A stretch of 64,000 nucleotides of DNA from Bradymonadia bacterium (lineage in GTDB: Bacteria > Myxococcota_A > Bradymonadia > UBA7976 > UBA1532), in contig JBKAGE010000070.1 in the NCBI GenBank assembly GCA_046290225.1, positions 32,001-96,000 of the forward strand, written 5' to 3'. Below the pieces are notes generated by a model that worked only from the letters and a program-made list of their open reading frames with translations, was not told the origin of the DNA and ran no database searches. Below, piece after piece: positions 58,910-64,000 of this stretch. The position numbers and the translations under genes are program-made. Every line of letters begins with the position of its first letter. Position 1 is the stretch's first letter.

Positions 58910-60469
58910 ATGTCAGTGAGTGAAGATCCCCGACTCAAGGCGGCCCACAGCGAGGGCCTGCAGACGCCGAAGGCCCCTCAAGGCACGGCACAGGCCCCTC
59001 AGACCAAGGCGCGCCCCGAGGCCCGGGCCATGCACCGCCTGATCCGGCTGTTCGATCCCGGCACCTTCGAGGAGATCGGATCACAGGTGACCCACCGGTG
59101 CACCGATTACGGCCTCGAGAAGAAGCAGCACCCCGGCGATGGCGTGATCACCGGCTTCGGTGAGATCGACGGCCGCACGGTCTGCGCCTACGCCCAAGAT
59201 CGCACCGTGCTCGGTGGCTCTCTCGGCGAAGCCCACGCCCAGAAGATCACCGCCCTGCAGGACATGGCCCTGCGCATCGGCGCCCCTCTGGTGGCCCTGA
59301 ACGATTCTGGCGGCGCCCGTATCCAAGAGGGCGTGAACAGCCTCGGAGGCTACGGCGAGATCTTCCGCCGCCACGTGGCGGCCTCGGGCGTGATCCCACA
59401 GATCGCCCTGGTCCTGGGCCCCTGCGCCGGCGGCGCGGTGTATGCCCCGGCCCTGATGGACTTCGTGGGCATGGTGGATCACGGCGCCTACATGTTCCTC
59501 ACCGGCCCTCGGGTGGTGAAGACGGTGACCTTCGAAGACGTGACCCCCGAGGCCCTCGGCGGTGGCGAGGTCCACGCCACCCAGACCGGCGTGTCGCACT
59601 TTCTGTTCCCCGACGAAGAGGCAGCCATCGATCACGTACGGCAGCTGCTGAGCTACCTGCCGGGCCGTCAGGGCGATCCGTTGCCTGATCACGAGCCCAC
59701 TGATCCAGTGAACCGTATCAGCGCTGATCTCGAGTCACTCGTGCCCGCAGATCCGCGTCAGCCGTACGACGTGCGCCTGGTCATCGACGAGATCCTCGAC
59801 CGCGACAGCTTCCTCGAGGTGCACCCCCTCTGGGCCCAGAACGTGGTGGTGGGCTTCGCCCGCCTCGGCGGCAAGGTGGTGGGGGTCATCGCCAACCAGC
59901 CCCTGCACCTCGCCGGCGTGCTCGACATCGACTCCAGCCGCAAGGCCGCCCGCTTCATTCGCACCTGCAACGCCTTCGGGGTACCCCTGGTGAGCCTCGT
60001 GGACGTACCCGGGTTCCTGCCCGGCGTAGATCAGGAGCACGGCGCGGTCATCGATCACGGCGCCAAGCTGCTCTACGCATACTGCGAGGCCACGGTGCCC
60101 AAGCTGAGTGTGGTGCTGCGCAAGGCCTACGGCGGCGCATACATCGTCATGAGTTCGAAGCACGTAGGCGGTGACGCCAACCTGTCCTGGCCTCAGGCGG
60201 AGCTGGCGGTGATGGGCGCCCCCGGCGCGGTGCAGATCCTGAACCGCAGGGAGCTCGCCGCTCACCCTGAGCCTGCCACCCGTCAGAAGGAGCTGGAGGA
60301 GGAGTACAAGGATATGTACTTGTCACCGGCTCGGGCAGCCTCTCGTGGCTACCTCGACGAGATCATCGACCCGGCTCAGACACGGCGGAAGCTGTACCGC
60401 TATCTGAAGGCGCTGGGCTCGAAGCAAGAGTCTCTGCCTGCGAAGCGCAACGGGAACGCACCTCTCTGA
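58910..60469 (+). CDS. Acyl-CoA carboxylase carboxyltransferase subunit (PccB/MmdA-like)
   Basis: PGDGVITGFG, DSGGARIQEG, GPCAGGAVY, VDVPGFLPG, RKAYGGAY, KRNGNAPL; GAGGAG RBS. Confidence 0.95.
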   Translation: MSVSEDPRLKAAHSEGLQTPKAPQGTAQAPQTKARPEARAMHRLIRLFDPGTFEEIGSQVTHRCTDYGLEKKQHPGDGVITGFGEIDGRTVCAYAQDRTVLGGSLGEAHAQKITALQDMALRIGAPLVALNDSGGARIQEGVNSLGGYGEIFRRHVAASGVIPQIALVLGPCAGGAVYAPALMDFVGMVDHGAYMFLTGPRVVKTVTFEDVTPEALGGGEVHATQTGVSHFLFPDEEAAIDHVRQLLSYLPGRQGDPLPDHEPTDPVNRISADLESLVPADPRQPYDVRLVIDEILDRDSFLEVHPLWAQNVVVGFARLGGKVVGVIANQPLHLAGVLDIDSSRKAARFIRTCNAFGVPLVSLVDVPGFLPGVDQEHGAVIDHGAKLLYAYCEATVPKLSVVLRKAYGGAYIVMSSKHVGGDANLSWPQAELAVMGAPGAVQILNRRELAAHPEPATRQKELEEEYKDMYLSPARAASRGYLDEIIDPAQTRRKLYRYLKALGSKQESLPAKRNGNAPL

Positions 60470-60597
60470 GGGCACTCAGCCTCTCTTACAAGACCTCTCC
60501 CAAGTCTTGCTCTTCATGTCTCTCCACGGCCTCGTTGGTGCATCCTCCCTGATGCGTCTACGCTCCATTCAGTGAGCGACTACAGGGTGTCTTCAAC

Positions 60598-60897
60598 ATG
60601 AACTGGTTCAGCGCCAAACTCCTGTTTGCTGCCTTCATCGATGGTCGTCTCAACTCTGACGCTCTAGTGGAAGAGAGCATCATCATCTTCAGGGCGACAA
60701 CCGCAGCAGCAGCATCTATTCAAGCTGATGAATTGGGTCAAAAGGCAACGCACTCATACAAAAATGAGGTCAATGAAGAAGTTGAATGGAGATACATTAG
60801 ATTGCTGGAGATACAAGACCTCGGTGAAACAACACTTGATGATGGCGTAGAGGTGTTTTCCACTATGCGCAGGCGATCCCCTGAGGACGAGTTGTAG
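60598..60897 (+). CDS. DUF4288-like small protein
   Basis: WFSAKLLF...EESIIIFRA...YKNEVNEEVEW...LDDGVEVFS pattern; visibly AT-richer than its neighbours. Confidence 0.65.
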   Translation: MNWFSAKLLFAAFIDGRLNSDALVEESIIIFRATTAAAASIQADELGQKATHSYKNEVNEEVEWRYIRLLEIQDLGETTLDDGVEVFSTMRRRSPEDEL

Positions 60898-60927
60898 TGA
60901 GCATGTAGAAGATGTCTCTACACTGAC

Positions 60928-61206
60928 ATGACGCTGGCGCGTTTTTCTCGAACCGCCAAGGAGGTCTTCTCTCAAATGCTGAGCGACGTAAAAATCACCG
61001 AGCCTTTCTCCGACGAGTACAAGGCCATCGTTCAAGACGCCCGAGTCGACAATTCTCGACAGACGCTCAAGAAACAGATGCGCCTCAAGTTTCAGGGCCT
61101 CTCCGCAGACCACGAGGCCATCATCGACGCCGCCGACGCTGCTGCGCTCGACAAAGCTCTTGAGCTCATTCTCTCAGCCGACACACCCGACGAAGTCTTG
61201 AGCTGA
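60928..61206 (+). CDS. Small protein resembling the C-terminal DUF4351-like domain of Rpn/PD-(D/E)XK proteins (orphan or remnant)
   Basis: LKKQMRLKFQGLSADHEAIIDAADAAALDKALELILSADTPDEVLS resembles the L..RFG.L......I..A....L..W...IL.A.SLEEV pattern. Confidence 0.5.
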   Translation: MTLARFSRTAKEVFSQMLSDVKITEPFSDEYKAIVQDARVDNSRQTLKKQMRLKFQGLSADHEAIIDAADAAALDKALELILSADTPDEVLS

Positions 61207-61308
61207 GAGCAAGCGCAGCCGGCTCTCAGGCTGATGCTCTGGGGCCAAGACGCCCATCACTGATGTCGGGCTGGTAGGTGCCTGCCCGATTTCTGTATCC
61301 TGCCGGCC

Positions 61309-62997
61309 ATGCAATCCCCCCGCCCTCTCGTGTGTCTGCTCGCCCTCGGTCTCGGTGCCTGCGCTGGTGACGACGCGCGAGATCGGGTGCCCTCCGAGCG
61401 CCCCCAGGATCAGCCCCTCTCACCACCAGACGCGGCCCTCCCCCCAGGGCCGGCGCCGAGGTTGTTGATCACCCCCGAGTCCAAGGATTGGGGTGAGATC
61501 GCCACGGGGGTCTCGTGGTGGCACGTCTTCAACATCGGTAACCTCGGCGACGAGCCCCTCGACTTCAGCAGCGCCACCCTCGTGGGCCTCGACGACTTCA
61601 CCATCCAGATCGACGGCGTCGAGCTGCTCGACGCCCCCGAGCTGCTCCTGGATCCCGATCAGGACGGCACGCCCGGGCTCTCGCCGGGGACCAGCTTCGA
61701 AGTCCGGCTGTACTTCGAGCCCCAGCGCTCCGGGCTCTACGAGGGATTTCTGCGCCTCGTGAGCAACGATCTGCGACAGCCCATTCTCGATGTGCCCGTC
61801 TCTGGCGTCGGCGTCGCGTCGCCCCCGTGTGCCCTCGTGGACCCAAGCGTGGCCGATTTCCCCGACACCGTCTCCGGCCTCGACAACACCATCGAAGTGG
61901 TGGTGCGAAATTGCGACGAGGGGCCGCTCGAGATCACCGACCTGGTCATTGAAGGCGACGCGTACGGCCTCGGCGTCGTGGGGCGTCTGCCCATCCGTAT
62001 CCCGGCGCCTGCAGACTCGTCTGATCAACCAGGGGCAGTGATCCCTGTACGCTTCAGGCCTCAAGAAGAAGGCCGCGCCCAGGGCACGCTGCGCGTCGTC
62101 ACCGACAACCCGGATTTCCCAGAGCGTCTGGTCCCTCTGCAGGGTACAGGCACCGAAAACCTGTGCCCCACCGCTGCGGTGGCCCAGAGCCGCCTGCGTC
62201 GGCCTGTGGGATCCACCGTGGAGCTCGACTCCAGCCCTTCGAGTGATCCCGAGGAGGGCCGCCTTGATTACATCTGGACCATCATCGAGCGCCCTGAGGG
62301 CTCTCGGGCTCAGGTACGAGAGTCCTTCCGAGCGGGTCAGGGCTTCATCGCCGACCGGGAGGAGACCGCCAACGCGGTGCTGATCCCCGATGTGGTGGGC
62401 CGGTACACCCTCAGCCTCGACGTCGTCGATCCTACGGGAAACCGCGCCGCGGACTGTGACGGCCCGGCGCTGCTGGAGGTTGAGGCTCAGCCCGTGGCCG
62501 ATGGCCTCACTGCGGTGCTCACCTGGTCTTCCGAGGCCGACGCTGATCCCACAGACAGCGAGGGACCCGATCTCGATCTGCACATGAGGCGTCCTGGTGG
62601 CCTGCTCTGGTTTGACACCGAGACCGACTGCTACCCCGGCGCTCTCAGCCCCGACTGGGGGGTGCCGGGTCGCCTCGAAGACAACCCCGCACTGGTGGTG
62701 GGCAACCACAATGACGGCGGGCCGGAGATCATCCGCCTCGAGGTGCCAGAGAGTACCGGGGGCGCCGCCTTCAGGGTGGCTGCCCACTACTTCAGGGCTC
62801 AATCGGGTGGCGTCGATTACGGGCCTGCCATGGCCCGGCTACAGCTCTACACCGCTCAGGGCCTGATCTGGGACTCTGATCCTCTGGGCGTCAGCCGACC
62901 GCTGCTCGATCTCAACCACTTCTGGGAGATCGTCGACATCAGCTGGCCCAACGCCTCAGTGCAAATCGTCGATCGCTACTTCGACCAGCGTCCATAG
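61309..62997 (+). CDS. Lipoprotein with ASH/choice-of-anchor-D Ig-like domains, PKD-like domain and YfaP-like C-domain
   Basis: LGLGAC lipobox; FNIGNLGDEPL, VRNCDEGPLEI Ig strands; LDSSPSSDPE (PKD-like); LTW...DLDLHM...GPEII. Confidence 0.75.
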   Translation: MQSPRPLVCLLALGLGACAGDDARDRVPSERPQDQPLSPPDAALPPGPAPRLLITPESKDWGEIATGVSWWHVFNIGNLGDEPLDFSSATLVGLDDFTIQIDGVELLDAPELLLDPDQDGTPGLSPGTSFEVRLYFEPQRSGLYEGFLRLVSNDLRQPILDVPVSGVGVASPPCALVDPSVADFPDTVSGLDNTIEVVVRNCDEGPLEITDLVIEGDAYGLGVVGRLPIRIPAPADSSDQPGAVIPVRFRPQEEGRAQGTLRVVTDNPDFPERLVPLQGTGTENLCPTAAVAQSRLRRPVGSTVELDSSPSSDPEEGRLDYIWTIIERPEGSRAQVRESFRAGQGFIADREETANAVLIPDVVGRYTLSLDVVDPTGNRAADCDGPALLEVEAQPVADGLTAVLTWSSEADADPTDSEGPDLDLHMRRPGGLLWFDTETDCYPGALSPDWGVPGRLEDNPALVVGNHNDGGPEIIRLEVPESTGGAAFRVAAHYFRAQSGGVDYGPAMARLQLYTAQGLIWDSDPLGVSRPLLDLNHFWEIVDISWPNASVQIVDRYFDQRP

Positions 62998-63009
62998 GCA
63001 GGGGGGCAC

Positions 63010-64000
63010 GTGGGTATATTCCACCGAAACAAGATGGTCTCCACACCTGTCATCACAGCGCTGTGTGCCACAGCTTTCACAGGCTGCCTCGACTCAGGTG
63101 GCAGCAACAGCACCAGCCTGCCCCCCTGGGAAGGGGGCGGCGGGGTGCCGCTGCCGGCCATCTCGGTGAGCGTGGGGCGCCTCGACTTCGGCGGGGTGCA
63201 GGCGGGGCAGAGCCGCAGCCGCACCTTCAGCATCACCAACCCGGGGATCGATCCGCTCGTCATCGACGATCTCACCTTCGACGGTGTCTCCGACTTCGAC
63301 CTCACCATCAACGGCGTGCGCCTGCAGGATGAGCCAGAGCGCCTCGGTGATCTCGACGGTGATGGGATCCCTGGCCTCGCCTCCGGTGAGCAGGTGGAGC
63401 TTCGGCTCACCTTCACCGCCGGCGAGCTGGGGCAACAGCTGGGGCTGATGGTCATCGACAGCAACGCGCGGCTGACCCCTCGGGTGGAGATCGACCTCGT
63501 GGCCCGGGCGATCCCGCCGACCTGCCTCACTGTGACTCCGCCGGCTCTGGACTTCGGCACAGTGCCCGTGCAACAGGCGGTAGAGCAGGAGATCGTCCTC
63601 GACACCTGCACTTCGGGGCTGGTGCAGGTGGAGAGCACCCGCCTTGATCCCGGCAGCTCGGAGGCCTTCGAGATCATCCCCCTCGCCACCCCGGCCCGGG
63701 TGAAGCCGGAGCGCCGCTTTTCGGTGCGCTTCCAGCCCCAGGCCATCGGCCCAGTGAACGGCACCGCCGTGGTCGTCAGCGACGATCCCAACACGCCCAC
63801 CTGGAACATCCCCATCACGGGCTCAGGTGAAGGCAACCAGTGTCCTGTGGCCAGTGTCCCCGCCTTCGAACAGGTGGTCCTCGCCGAAGAGCCCTTGTTC
63901 CTCGACGGCAGCCTGGCCTTCGACCCTGACGGGGTGGATGGCCTGCCTCAACGCTGGCGCTGGCGCATGCTCACGGCCTCACGTGACGCCGACGCCATCA
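63010..64000 (+). CDS. Paralogous ASH/choice-of-anchor-D Ig-domain lipoprotein (3'-truncated by window edge)
   Basis: Open frame from GTG 63010 (ATG 63034) to the window end: AFTGC lipobox, LDFGGV...FSITNPGIDPL, GSGEGNQCPVA...LDGSLAFDPDG, collinear with the upstream gene; absent from the ORF track because it has no stop in the window. Confidence 0.78.
   Translation, partial: MGIFHRNKMVSTPVITALCATAFTGCLDSGGSNSTSLPPWEGGGGVPLPAISVSVGRLDFGGVQAGQSRSRTFSITNPGIDPLVIDDLTFDGVSDFDLTINGVRLQDEPERLGDLDGDGIPGLASGEQVELRLTFTAGELGQQLGLMVIDSNARLTPRVEIDLVARAIPPTCLTVTPPALDFGTVPVQQAVEQEIVLDTCTSGLVQVESTRLDPGSSEAFEIIPLATPARVKPERRFSVRFQPQAIGPVNGTAVVVSDDPNTPTWNIPITGSGEGNQCPVASVPAFEQVVLAEEPLFLDGSLAFDPDGVDGLPQRWRWRMLTASRDADAI

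Overview
High-GC bacterial chromosomal segment, very probably from Myxococcota. The evidence is two MYXO-CTERM-type sorting tails, a DUF1592/DUF1552 pair, TSP3-OmpA proteins and many Cys-rich lipoproteins. About 42 CDS are supportable; no rRNA, tRNA, CRISPR-cas or transposase was seen. The centrepiece is an 11.6-kb single-gene iterative type I PKS/FAS-like megasynthase (46822-58392) with the order FabK/PfaD-like ER x2 - KS - ACP - ACP - AT - KS - ACP - KR - DH - PPTase. It is followed by a biotin carrier protein and an acyl-CoA carboxyltransferase. All three of its ACPs carry Thr (LGIDT) rather than the canonical Ser at the phosphopantetheine site, and the protein carries its own PPTase. Other items worth a second look: three groups of intergenic structured repeats, two with covarying hairpins and GTAG/CTAC motifs (11.6-12.1 kb, 40.3-40.5 kb) and a palindromic family at gene ends (42.2-44.7 kb); a TraAB-like adhesin/double-barrel OmpA pair; a cytochrome c/DUF1592 protein with an inserted glycogen-binding module; a transmembrane-less AcrB homologue; a eukaryote-type SAM decarboxylase; and a small lower-GC islet. 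All family assignments come from motif recognition by eye. No database search was run, and start codons are best estimates.
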